A stretch of 37,502 bases of DNA. Origin: an uncultured Ignavibacteriales bacterium (GTDB lineage: Bacteria > Zixibacteria > MSB-5A5 > GN15 > JAAZOE01). Below the pieces are notes generated by a model, which did no database searches, was not told where the DNA came from, and saw only the letters and a list, made by a program, of their open reading frames with translations. The translations under genes and the position numbers were made by a program. Position 1 is the stretch's first letter, and each line of letters opens with the position of its first letter. This document shows, in pieces, positions 17,572 through 26,610 of this stretch. The stretch is taken from assembly GCA_964611355.1 (NCBI GenBank), contig CAZSYD010000022.1, positions 1-37,502 of the forward strand, in the 5' to 3' direction.

Positions 17572-18412
17572 TCTCTTCGGAAGAAAAGAAATCGCCATAC
17601 CGGACAATGGAAGTCCACGCCTTCTGGCTGTTGCGTCGGGCAAAGGCGGCGTCGGCAAGTCGGTTATTGCTTTCAACGTGGCCGACCATCTTTCAAGCCG
17701 GTGGCGGGTTTTGCTGATCGACGGTGATTTTCTGAGGGGAAATCTTCATCTTTTAGGCAATATCAAGGCTGAATACGGGTGGCAGGATATCTGTTTCGGC
17801 CGGGCAGGGTTTTCGGAAGCGGTTACTGCCGTCAACGAGAAATTTGACCTTTTGGCTTCCTCCGGCGCTCTTTCCGTGGAAGCTCTCCCGGATGTTGAAA
17901 GCCTGGCTGTCTTTTTGGGAGGTCTGCGTAATCAGTGCCGGCGGTATGATTATATAATCTTTGATACATCTTCCGGGGTATTGCCGCATACGGGTCTGAT
18001 ACTTCACACCGTTGACCGGATAATTCTGGTAACAACGCCGGAGTTGACGTCGATTTCGGACTGTTACGCTCTTTATAAGACGTTGATTACCGACAACGAG
18101 AATATCATTGCCTCCCTTCTGGTTAACCATGAGGATCGAGAAGATGAAGTCGAATATATCTATCAAAAATTTATAGCGATAACGAACCGGTTTTTAGATC
18201 GTTCGCCGGTTTTCTTCGGTTCGCTTGGCTATGACCGGGAGTTGGTTGAGGCGGTGGCCCGCCAAAAGAGGATTGCCGACTATGCTCCCGGCAGCCGGAT
18301 CAATCGCCAATTTGCCGACCTGGCAGTCTGTCTCTCAGGAGAGTCTACAGAGGCAGGTTTTAACCGTAAATCGATAAATTCAACCGCCCTTGAGGCCGAT
18401 ATGAGGGAATAG
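17561..18412 (+). CDS. flhG: MinD-like flagellar number regulator FlhG/FleN
   Basis: AVASGKGGVGKS deviant Walker A and VTTPELTSISDCY; located between flhF and fliA. Confidence 0.88.
   Translation: MMNNLFGRKEIAIPDNGSPRLLAVASGKGGVGKSVIAFNVADHLSSRWRVLLIDGDFLRGNLHLLGNIKAEYGWQDICFGRAGFSEAVTAVNEKFDLLASSGALSVEALPDVESLAVFLGGLRNQCRRYDYIIFDTSSGVLPHTGLILHTVDRIILVTTPELTSISDCYALYKTLITDNENIIASLLVNHEDREDEVEYIYQKFIAITNRFLDRSPVFFGSLGYDRELVEAVARQKRIADYAPGSRINRQFADLAVCLSGESTEAGFNRKSINSTALEADMRE
18375..18402 (+). promoter_or_regulatory. Sigma28 (FliA/SigD)-type promoter inside the 3' end of flhG, upstream of fliA
   Basis: TAAA-16 nt-GCCGATAT, ending 17 nt before the fliA ATG. Confidence 0.65.
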
Positions 18413-18419
18413 CAGGTAA

Positions 18420-19289
18420 ATGATTAGTACAACCAAAGAGAAGAAGCAGAGAGAAAGACCAGTGTCGTCGGCAGCCAGTTCAGAGACAGCCACCGGTCGC
18501 AAAACGAGAGAGAAATCAAAACGGGATCTGGCAACCCAACGGGAGTGGGGTAAATATCTTAAGGATCAGGATTCCGTCGTTCGCAAACGCCTTCTTAATC
18601 ATTATCTGCCGTTGGTCAGGAACGTCGCCGGCCGAATGGCCATAAATTTCCCGCGTTCGGTCGAATTGTGCGACCTGATTAACACCGGCGTTATTGGTCT
18701 GATCGAGGCTTTTCGCAATTATGATCCCAACCGTGGGGTGAAGTTTGAGACTTATGCAGTTCCCAGGATTCGCGGGGCTATCCTCGATGAATTGCGCTCC
18801 CTCGATTGGGTGCCCCGTTCCACGCGAGCCAAAGCGCGGGAGATCGAACGGGCGCTGGTCGGTTTTGAAAACCGGGAGGGCCGGCCTCCAACCGATGAGG
18901 AACTGGCCGGGGTACTCAATGTGAGCCTTGGCGAACTGCATTATTCTTTGGAGGATGTTTCGAAAACGTCGCTTCTGTCGCTTGACGAGATGATTTTTCG
19001 AGAAGAAGACAATCGGCAGATTCCGCGCATCGAGACGGTGGAGGATCAGAGAGCCAATACGACTTTGAAGAAGTTGGAACGAAGCGAACTTCAGGCTTTT
19101 CTGGTCGTGGCCGTGGATAAACTGACGGAACAGGAAAAACTGGTGATCGCCCTGTATTACTACGAAGAGTTGACTCTCAAGGAGATCGGGGAGGTCATGA
19201 AGATATCGGAGTCGCGCGTTTCCCAGATCCATACCAAAGCGGTCCTGAAATTACGCGGTATGGTGAGGGAGAAATTCGGCCTGGGGTAG
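18420..19289 (+). CDS. fliA: Flagellar sigma factor, sigma28 (FliA/WhiG family)
   Basis: RGVKFETYAVPRIRGAILDELRSLDWVPRS and LYYYEELTLKEIGEVM.ISESRVSQIH. Confidence 0.96.
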   Translation: MISTTKEKKQRERPVSSAASSETATGRKTREKSKRDLATQREWGKYLKDQDSVVRKRLLNHYLPLVRNVAGRMAINFPRSVELCDLINTGVIGLIEAFRNYDPNRGVKFETYAVPRIRGAILDELRSLDWVPRSTRAKAREIERALVGFENREGRPPTDEELAGVLNVSLGELHYSLEDVSKTSLLSLDEMIFREEDNRQIPRIETVEDQRANTTLKKLERSELQAFLVVAVDKLTEQEKLVIALYYYEELTLKEIGEVMKISESRVSQIHTKAVLKLRGMVREKFGLG

Positions 19290-19319
19290 GCTGGGCTCCC
19301 TCGGGCCCGGGGAGGAGAA

Positions 19320-19613
19320 ATGCGTCCTATAGCGTTGGCCGATAATCTGGCCAAGACGCAGGCCGCGGAAAGGATTGACCAGATTCAAAAGGCTCACGGA
19401 GAAATGGAACAGCGACAGGCGGCCGGTGCGCTCAGGGAAAAGGTGATTGCCGATCTGAATAGAGCCAAAGAAAGCGAACAAACGGATATGGTAATTATCA
19501 GAAAAGAACACGAAGAGGAAAAGAAAAGGCAGCAGAAGCAAAAGGATAAAAAGCATGACAGATCGGATCATCGGGACAGCGAATCGCAGGAGCATCTTGA
19601 TCTGGTGGGATAA
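19320..19613 (+). CDS. Small charged hypothetical protein of the flagellar locus
   Basis: Strong SD GGAGGAG; helical and charged; C-terminal HLDLVG. Confidence 0.75.
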   Translation: MRPIALADNLAKTQAAERIDQIQKAHGEMEQRQAAGALREKVIADLNRAKESEQTDMVIIRKEHEEEKKRQQKQKDKKHDRSDHRDSESQEHLDLVG

Positions 19614-19631
19614 TTACGGAAAGGAAGAAAA

Positions 19632-20087
19632 ATGGACTTTTCTTCGGAAATATTGATCGATTTTGGTCTTAATCTGGCCGGGTACGTCATTGTTACCCTG
19701 CTGGTTTATTTGATGCTCAGCCGCCGTCGGCGCGCAACCGGGCTTTCATCCGATCATCGCCGTTTGGCGGGAACCTCTACCGTGGAGCCTAAGACCGGAT
19801 CAGAAACGGTCGAGTGCCGACGCACCGGCGATAAAATGGAATTCATCCCGCTCTCGGAGTGCGAAGAAACTCCGAAAACTGCGGCCAATCACCATATTGA
19901 GAATGGACGGGGGACTATAGGGAAGCCGGCAGCGTCTGTCTCCATTTCACGGCAGGAGAACCGTCGGGCGATCTATCGTGAGGCGCGGCGCCTTCTGGCC
20001 GGGGGGAAATCACAAGGTGATTTATTGCACCGGTTGCCGCTGACGGAAAACGAGATAGAAATGCTTTCGGTTTCGGGGCAGGCCTGA
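19632..20087 (+). CDS. Membrane-anchored protein with a C-terminal HTH-like domain (SwrB/YlxL or DUF2802-like)
   Basis: N-terminal TM helix; C-terminal IYREARRLLAGGKS..DLLHRLPLTENEIEML; lies after the sigma28 gene, as swrB does in Bacillus. Confidence 0.65.
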   Translation: MDFSSEILIDFGLNLAGYVIVTLLVYLMLSRRRRATGLSSDHRRLAGTSTVEPKTGSETVECRRTGDKMEFIPLSECEETPKTAANHHIENGRGTIGKPAASVSISRQENRRAIYREARRLLAGGKSQGDLLHRLPLTENEIEMLSVSGQA

Positions 20088-20120
20088 ACTTTGAAAAACT
20101 AAGTCGGGAAGGAAAATAAA

Positions 20121-21296
20121 ATGGCAATGGAATCACCGCTGTTTTTATCCAAGGTCGAATGCCCGGTCTGCGGTACGATAAATGAATTCGAAACTATTCG
20201 TGTCGGAGCGTATACTGAAGGGGAACGGATGACCGATTTTTGTCCGTCTCTCATAAAATGGCGCAATCCGAAGTATCAGAAATACAATCCCTTGTTGTTC
20301 TTTGCCGCGACCTGTTCGAACTGCTACTACACGCGCGAGTTTAACAACAGGTACAAGGAATGGCATAAAGATAATAATTTCAGGACCTACCGCCTTAAGA
20401 CGGTTAAAGAAAAACACCTGAACAATCTTGCTTCCAAGAATTCATTTATTAAGCTGATCGGCGGACTTCTGGACAATGATAAATATCCCGATGAAACGGC
20501 GATATTGAAATTGCTTCTGGCCGTCTTTGATGAACTTCTCAACGACCATCCGTCCAATCTTGATCTCGGTCGTTTCTATCTGAGGGTCGCCTGGATGTTT
20601 CGTTATATAAACGCCGGGCAGAACCGTTCGGAGGATGAATTCAATTCCGGTTATCTGGCCGACATTGAGCGGAGCATCAACGACTTACGATCCTGGCAGG
20701 CCGGTTTTGGCCGAAACATCGAATACCTCAATAATGCTATTGACGCCCAGTTCGACACTGGCGCTGAAACGGATTCAGGTCCGGACCCTTTGAAGCAACG
20801 CTTTGAAGAAATACTCAGAAAACTGGTTTCTCTTGAGGGACAGACCGGGCAGGTAATCTCTGAACTCGACGGTATGCCGACCATGGTGCGTCAGGCGGCC
20901 AGCGGGCCCGCGCCGACCGATTACGGTAACCCGTTCCACGATTATGCCGGTTTCGAAGAATCACTGGCGGAGTTCCTGCGCTTGTGGGACGGCGTCCCGC
21001 GCAGCGAGCGTGAGGCGATGCGCATGGCGGTACGTTATTATATAAAGGCCTTCGAGACGGGCCGGGAAATTTCGCGCGGCAACCAGTCGATACAGGCGGC
21101 TTATCTCATTGCTGAGCTGTCACGCCAGATTGGCGATCATGATGCCGCTCGGCAATATTTTAACACTACTATTAAAAGGGGACAGGAATTCATCCGTGAA
21201 ATTAAGGGGGATCGCACCAGAACGGCTCTGACTCGAAAGATACTGGAACTGGCGCTCGGGCAGGGAAGGAAGAATCTGGCTGAGGCAAAATCATAG
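20121..21296 (+). CDS. DUF2225-like protein (two CxxC motifs plus TPR-like helices)
   Basis: VECPVCG...TDFCP...YNPLLF...CSNCYY, LGRFYLRVAWMFR and AYLIAELSRQIGDHDAARQYF. Confidence 0.8.
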   Translation: MAMESPLFLSKVECPVCGTINEFETIRVGAYTEGERMTDFCPSLIKWRNPKYQKYNPLLFFAATCSNCYYTREFNNRYKEWHKDNNFRTYRLKTVKEKHLNNLASKNSFIKLIGGLLDNDKYPDETAILKLLLAVFDELLNDHPSNLDLGRFYLRVAWMFRYINAGQNRSEDEFNSGYLADIERSINDLRSWQAGFGRNIEYLNNAIDAQFDTGAETDSGPDPLKQRFEEILRKLVSLEGQTGQVISELDGMPTMVRQAASGPAPTDYGNPFHDYAGFEESLAEFLRLWDGVPRSEREAMRMAVRYYIKAFETGREISRGNQSIQAAYLIAELSRQIGDHDAARQYFNTTIKRGQEFIREIKGDRTRTALTRKILELALGQGRKNLAEAKS

Positions 21297-22052
21297 ATGA
21301 ACGTTACGAAATCAAAGAACGATCAAGCCCCCATCCGCGTCTGGGAGCGCCTGCAAATTGTCGTCGGTGAGGCCGGCAAGGAAGGTGTTTACATCAGCCG
21401 TGTTCTGGATATCAGCGAAGACCGGCTTATAATCAGCCGGCCGATGTTCAGTTCCGGCCGCTCTCTTCTGTCCGATAATCGTGTCGTACGGGCCAATTTC
21501 ACGCGAGCCGACGCCTCTTATTCATTTTCGGCCCGCCTAAAAGAAATCGAACCGAAATCGCCGGACGAAATGTATCTGCTGAATCCGGGGGAGATTCGGA
21601 GGATTCAGCGGCGCCGGTTCGTCAGGTTGGATAAGATAGTGAAAGTAAGATACATGATTTTGCCGCGACCGATAAAGAAAAAAATAGAACTAAAACCGAA
21701 AGATTTTGAAAAGACGGTTACCGTAAATATATCCGCCGGAGGGTTGCTGATCCCCGTCGAAGGCAATCTTGCCACGGACAACCTGATTTTGATCGATTTC
21801 AGCAGGAGCGGTATAAAGTCCATCTCGGATTATATCATCGCTGTTTGTCGGTACGTGCGCGTCAATGAGGAGAAGAAGCGGGTGGCCGGGGTGGAGCTTA
21901 TCCTTAGAGAAGATTTGGCTCTCCATCTGAAGCCGGGTGAGGGGGCTATGATTCCCAAAGAAGCCAGGCAGTTTAACCTCAATATCCAGAACGACCTGGT
22001 CGGCGAACTGTTTAACGAGCAGTTGATCATGCGTCAAAAGGGGCTGCTCTGA
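21297..22052 (+). CDS. YcgR/MotI-like flagellar brake protein (N-terminal barrel plus PilZ)
   Basis: QRRRFVR (RxxxR) and NISAGG ([DN]xSxxG). Confidence 0.88.
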   Translation: MNVTKSKNDQAPIRVWERLQIVVGEAGKEGVYISRVLDISEDRLIISRPMFSSGRSLLSDNRVVRANFTRADASYSFSARLKEIEPKSPDEMYLLNPGEIRRIQRRRFVRLDKIVKVRYMILPRPIKKKIELKPKDFEKTVTVNISAGGLLIPVEGNLATDNLILIDFSRSGIKSISDYIIAVCRYVRVNEEKKRVAGVELILREDLALHLKPGEGAMIPKEARQFNLNIQNDLVGELFNEQLIMRQKGLL

Positions 22053-22831
22053 TGCCGTCGCAAAAGGCAAAAACGGCGTCGAAGTCGGCTCAACAGGTAC
22101 TCCTCCAATTGCCTTCGCTGGCCGGCGGCGAAATTACCATTTATCATCCGAAGCAGAAGTTGGGCAATACTTATTCGGCACGGGTACTTATGGTCGAAGA
22201 TAATCTGCTGACCATAACTCTGCCGCGCCGAATGGCCGGTCAGGGGTATCTCCGTGAATCAGCGGGCGTGATAGTTAATTTTGTTATTGATGATACCCTG
22301 TATGAGGTGCCGGCCAATTACCGGGCGGAAGACGATCAAATGCGGGAGGTCATAATCAATGGCGATATTCGGTCCACTACAAGGCGCCATTTTGCCCGCC
22401 TGCCCCTTAAGGTCGGTACGGGGTATGCGCCTGTTTCCGATTTCAGCCTTTCGTCGGGGCACCTGCCGCACATTGTCTGGAACTGGTGTCAGACGCAGGA
22501 CATATCCGGCGGCGGTATTTTGATTGAGACCCGCCATCAGTTGCCGGTCGGGTCTTATCTCCTGTTGAACCTTGAGATTGAATCTTTTCAGGGGTCCTTA
22601 TTCGTTTTTGGACAGGTTCGCTGGCAGGGTATCAGCAACTTCAACAGCAGGCTGTTCGAGTCCGGAATAATGTTTATTTCGTGGAACGAACTGCCTTACC
22701 ATTTTTCCCCGCAGACGATTTCCTGGTTGCCGCCCATAATGCAACAGTTCGACAAGGAAAAACAGGACGAGTTGGATAAATTTCTCATGCAAAATTCCAG
22801 CCTATCAAAAGGAGACCAATATGACAGTTAG
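22052..22831 (+). CDS. YcgR-like PilZ-domain protein, second paralogue
   Basis: RRHFAR and DISGGG motifs plus an N-terminal barrel domain. Confidence 0.85.
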   Translation: MPSQKAKTASKSAQQVLLQLPSLAGGEITIYHPKQKLGNTYSARVLMVEDNLLTITLPRRMAGQGYLRESAGVIVNFVIDDTLYEVPANYRAEDDQMREVIINGDIRSTTRRHFARLPLKVGTGYAPVSDFSLSSGHLPHIVWNWCQTQDISGGGILIETRHQLPVGSYLLLNLEIESFQGSLFVFGQVRWQGISNFNSRLFESGIMFISWNELPYHFSPQTISWLPPIMQQFDKEKQDELDKFLMQNSSLSKGDQYDS

Positions 22832-23354
22832 CAGGACTTCCGGGAAGGAATTGCCGCCGACGACTGCGGTTGATTTCGAAGTGAAGCCGCCCTTCCAGAT
22901 TATGGAAGACAACCGTCGGCGTTTTATCCGGATTGATATTGAGGAGCCTATAACATATTGCATCATGAAATCGACTGACGGCGCCTTCTGGCCGAAAGGC
23001 GATGGTCCCGTGGGCCAGGGAGAAATCCTTAATATTTCGGCCGGCGGGATACTTATGTTCACAAGCGAGCCGGTGATGGAAAATTCCATTCTCTCTATGT
23101 CGCTGAAAATCGAAGGCTGCAAAGAGATTAACAATATTCTTGGCTTGACCAAGAGAAGCGAAATCGATTCGGGCGGTTACCTGGTGGGTATCGAATCGAT
23201 CACCCGGGAAAAATTGAATGATCTTTTGGGTCCGGAGGAAGTAACCGGGATTCCCGAAGACATGGCTTCTTTTACGGAACGGCTGCGATCGCTTTTGAAC
23301 AATTACATCTATTCCAAAAAACTAAGCGTCGATGAAAATGAGAAGACGAGTTAA
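22821..23354 (+). CDS. Stand-alone PilZ-domain protein, third paralogue
   Basis: NRRRFIR and NISAGG motifs. Confidence 0.85.
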   Translation: MTVSRTSGKELPPTTAVDFEVKPPFQIMEDNRRRFIRIDIEEPITYCIMKSTDGAFWPKGDGPVGQGEILNISAGGILMFTSEPVMENSILSMSLKIEGCKEINNILGLTKRSEIDSGGYLVGIESITREKLNDLLGPEEVTGIPEDMASFTERLRSLLNNYIYSKKLSVDENEKTS

Positions 23355-23946
23355 ATATCTTCTGGCGATGCTGGTTATACTGGTTCCCGTGGCAACGGCG
23401 ACGGCGCAGAGCCAGATGCGAACAATCGCCGTCGTTTACCAGGCTCCGAAACAGGATATTACCGATTTTTCTCTGGTGGAAAATCTTAACGAAGCGCTTA
23501 CGATGCAGGTGGGACTCGGGGTAGTCGTACCGGATACGGGCAGCTCCCGGCCCGAGGCTCCCAATCGCCGGTTTGACCTGGAGCGACTGCTGGAGTGGGG
23601 ACGCGAGGTCGGGTGCCGCTATATAATTTACCTCCGGGTGGATGGCCGCAGGATCGCCACCAGAAAACAGTTGTCGATTCCCTGGGTGTTATCCCGCTAT
23701 GTCGTCGAGGGACATATCAGTGGTATGTATAGTCTGATCGATCTTAATCGGAGCAAGGTAATCGGTACTTGGAAACTGACTACTCGAATGGCCGGTCCGA
23801 GGCAATGGCAGGTGGCTGCCGATTATCCGGGTGATCCAGACCTGCATATGTCGGCGCCCCGGAAACTGGTCTTTCTGCGGGAACTGGAAAAGAAGGCGGT
23901 GAACGAAATAGTGCTTGATGTCCAGCCGCATCTGAGAGGCAGATAG
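23332..23946 (+). CDS. Secreted or periplasmic hypothetical protein, possibly with a CsgG/FlgO/FlgT-like fold
   Basis: Sec signal peptide ending ATA-Q; LLEWGREVGCRYII...YSLIDLNRSKVI pattern. The fold call is tentative. Confidence 0.65.
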   Translation: MKMRRRVKYLLAMLVILVPVATATAQSQMRTIAVVYQAPKQDITDFSLVENLNEALTMQVGLGVVVPDTGSSRPEAPNRRFDLERLLEWGREVGCRYIIYLRVDGRRIATRKQLSIPWVLSRYVVEGHISGMYSLIDLNRSKVIGTWKLTTRMAGPRQWQVAADYPGDPDLHMSAPRKLVFLRELEKKAVNEIVLDVQPHLRGR

Positions 23947-23947
23947 A

Positions 23948-24814
23948 GTGACCACAACCGTTACAGGGGAACCGATTTCCCGTTTCTGGAGCAAAATCGG
24001 GCTTATTGCAGATATAGCCCGGGTTCTGCGCGAAAAGCCGGCCGGCAAAAAAACGCTGGTCGAGGTTCTGGAAATGATATCGAAGGTTATCGGTTTTGAA
24101 TCGGCGACTCTTTATCTGCTCAATAAGAAAAACGGAGCTCTGGACGAAGTGGCCTCCTGCGGGAGTCCGGTCAATCTCATTGATTTTTTGCATTTTGGCA
24201 AAGGATTCGGTCTGGCCGGATGGGTGGCCAAGCAGGAAAGACCGGTGTTGATTCGTGGCCACGATCCGGAACAGGACAGCGTCAGGGAACACCACGACAG
24301 CGTTTTTATAATGCCGCTTATGGTTAGAAATGAACTGGTTGGGGTGCTTTGCTTCAGCCACCACGACCCGGACGGGTTTGACGAAAACCGCCGGAAAGTA
24401 CTTGAAATCGCCGCCGATCAGGTGGCCGTATCGATCGAATGTATCATCTATCAAAAAGAATTGGAATCGAGGAATCGATCGCTTATGGAAGCTCAGCAGA
24501 AATTAAAAGAAGCCCAGGACAAACTTATCGCCCAGGAAAAGCTCAAAGCCGTCATTGAACTGGCGGCGTCGGTTAATCACGAGGTAAACAACCCCTTATC
24601 GGTGATTATCGGCAATGCTCAGATGATCGAACTGGAAACATCTGATATGCCGCCGGAGGTCGTAAACCGGATCAGCGCCATTGTTGACGGGGCCAGGAGA
24701 ATCTCCCTGATAACGCACAAGCTGTTAAAGATAGACAGGTTGGTTTCCGAAAGCTATCTGGGCAACGACACGGCAACCATGTTGAATATTCGTGAATCTG
24801 CCGGAGACGATTGA
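23948..24814 (+). CDS. GAF plus HisKA (DHp) protein lacking an HATPase domain (GTG start)
   Basis: GAF (GFGLAGWVA...MPLMVRNELVGVL); H-box ASVNHEVNNPL; the protein ends under 80 aa after the His. Confidence 0.85.
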   Translation: MTTTVTGEPISRFWSKIGLIADIARVLREKPAGKKTLVEVLEMISKVIGFESATLYLLNKKNGALDEVASCGSPVNLIDFLHFGKGFGLAGWVAKQERPVLIRGHDPEQDSVREHHDSVFIMPLMVRNELVGVLCFSHHDPDGFDENRRKVLEIAADQVAVSIECIIYQKELESRNRSLMEAQQKLKEAQDKLIAQEKLKAVIELAASVNHEVNNPLSVIIGNAQMIELETSDMPPEVVNRISAIVDGARRISLITHKLLKIDRLVSESYLGNDTATMLNIRESAGDD

Positions 24815-26610
24815 TGTTAACCCTTGGCTGCACAGATACGAGAGACACGATACTTGAGGAAGCACTTTGGGAATATATGATGCCCAACCCGGTTGGGTTA
24901 TTCGTTATTGACGCCGACGGGTACATTGGCTGCGTCAATAAACGGGCGGCGGAATTTTTCGGTTTCGCCGAACCGGACGAAGCGGTGGGCAAGCCGTTGA
25001 CCGGGCTTGAATTTTTCTTTTCTCAAGCGATAATCGGGCGGATAAACGGGCTGTTGACAGAAGACGTACCGCTTAGAATAGACTGTTTCCCTGGCACCAA
25101 TCTGGCGGGTCATTTTGCCTATTACACTCTTTCCTGCAACCGCGGCATCAATCAGCGCGGTGAAACAGTTGGCGTCTTCGGTATTATTGAAGATGTTTCG
25201 GTGGAGGTCAAGCGGCAGTATGAACTGAAAGGCCGTATCGAGGAACTGTCGCTCCTGTCGCAAATCTCGCAGGCGGTATCGTCGGCGCTTGACCCTGAGG
25301 AAGTTATCAAGGTTATCCTGACCGGAGTGACCGCCAGACAGGGCCTGGGATTTAACCGGGCATTTCTTTTCCTTCTTGATGATGAATCCGGGACATTGAC
25401 CGGACGACTGGCCATCGGTCCCGTCAACGCCGAGGAGGCCGGAAAGATATGGAGTTCGCTGGAGCATGACGACCGTTCCCTTCTGGAAATACTCTCGCTG
25501 TACCAGGAGGAATCGGTACGAACCCATCGCAGCCTGACCGATTTTATTCGCAATATGCGAATAGATATTACCGACGGTTCCTTATTCGCGCGGGCCATTC
25601 GGGAAAAGGCGCCCATGGTGACCGATCGTAACCTGGAACTTGATTATGAGACCGAGGGGATTCTTTCTCGGCTGGGCGAAAAAGAGGTGGCCATGACACC
25701 GCTGGTTTTGCGCGATCGGCCGATCGGCCTGCTTCTGGTGGATAACGCCATCACGCACGAGGAAATTACCGAAAACGACCGGCGGTTTCTCAAGCTGATC
25801 GCTGATCAAACAGCCGCCGCTGTGGAACGTTCGTATTTATATCGGGATATTAAAGAACGGGCCGTCGAACTCGAGAAGATCAACCGAAAGCTGGCCGAAA
25901 CGCAGAATCAGATCATTGAGGCGGAAAAGATGTCGGTTATTGGAGAAATAACTTCGGCCGTGACGCATGAACTGCGCAATCCCCTGACGATTATCGGCGG
26001 CTTCGCCAATATGGTTTATCGAAATATGGATAACGGATCCCCTGACGGCGAGTACCTGAATATCATCATTTCCGAAACCCAAAGAGCCGAATCGGTGCTG
26101 ACCGATGTTCTTGATTTTTCGAAAGCCTCGAGAACGAAAGATAGACGGCTTGATTTGAACCAGTTGGCGCAAAAAGCGGTGGAGATGCTGAAAGTCCGCC
26201 TGGGTGGCGGGCGCGACCGAATGCAACTGGAACCTCACGACGGCGACCTGCCGGTATGGGGCAATCCCGATCAACTTCTTCATGCCTTTTATCAAATTCT
26301 CTTGTCGTTGACAGACGACCTGCCCGACGAAACCCCCAGTCTCAGCACCTGTGCCCTCTCTGGCGTATCTCGCTTCGATATAAGTTTCGCCGGCCGAAGC
26401 AGGCAAAACAACAAAGTGGAAAAAACCCTCAAGCAGTATTTTGGCGCCGGTAACAGCACTAAAAGATTATCGCTGATTGTGGCCGAAGAAACGCTGAAGT
26501 ATCATGGCGGCGGCTTGAGCGTGGAATCGCATCCGGAAAAGGGGCCGGTACTTTGCGTTCAACTACCCCTTTATAAGGAGAAAGCTGATGGCCAGGATTC
26601 TGGTAGTTGA
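24814..26610 (+). CDS. PAS-GAF-HisKA sensor with a degenerate HATPase domain (pseudokinase; TTG at 24811 is an alternative start)
   Basis: PAS (GLFVIDADG..VNKRAAEFFG), GAF (GLGFNRAFLFL) and H-box HELRNPL; the N, G1 and G2 boxes are not canonical. Confidence 0.88.
   Translation: MLTLGCTDTRDTILEEALWEYMMPNPVGLFVIDADGYIGCVNKRAAEFFGFAEPDEAVGKPLTGLEFFFSQAIIGRINGLLTEDVPLRIDCFPGTNLAGHFAYYTLSCNRGINQRGETVGVFGIIEDVSVEVKRQYELKGRIEELSLLSQISQAVSSALDPEEVIKVILTGVTARQGLGFNRAFLFLLDDESGTLTGRLAIGPVNAEEAGKIWSSLEHDDRSLLEILSLYQEESVRTHRSLTDFIRNMRIDITDGSLFARAIREKAPMVTDRNLELDYETEGILSRLGEKEVAMTPLVLRDRPIGLLLVDNAITHEEITENDRRFLKLIADQTAAAVERSYLYRDIKERAVELEKINRKLAETQNQIIEAEKMSVIGEITSAVTHELRNPLTIIGGFANMVYRNMDNGSPDGEYLNIIISETQRAESVLTDVLDFSKASRTKDRRLDLNQLAQKAVEMLKVRLGGGRDRMQLEPHDGDLPVWGNPDQLLHAFYQILLSLTDDLPDETPSLSTCALSGVSRFDISFAGRSRQNNKVEKTLKQYFGAGNSTKRLSLIVAEETLKYHGGGLSVESHPEKGPVLCVQLPLYKEKADGQDSGS

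Noticed and set aside
19317..19345. Sigma28 promoter at GCCGATAA (19338-19345)
   Set aside because: It lies inside a CDS start, and the only -35 candidate (GAAA) is at 17-nt spacing.
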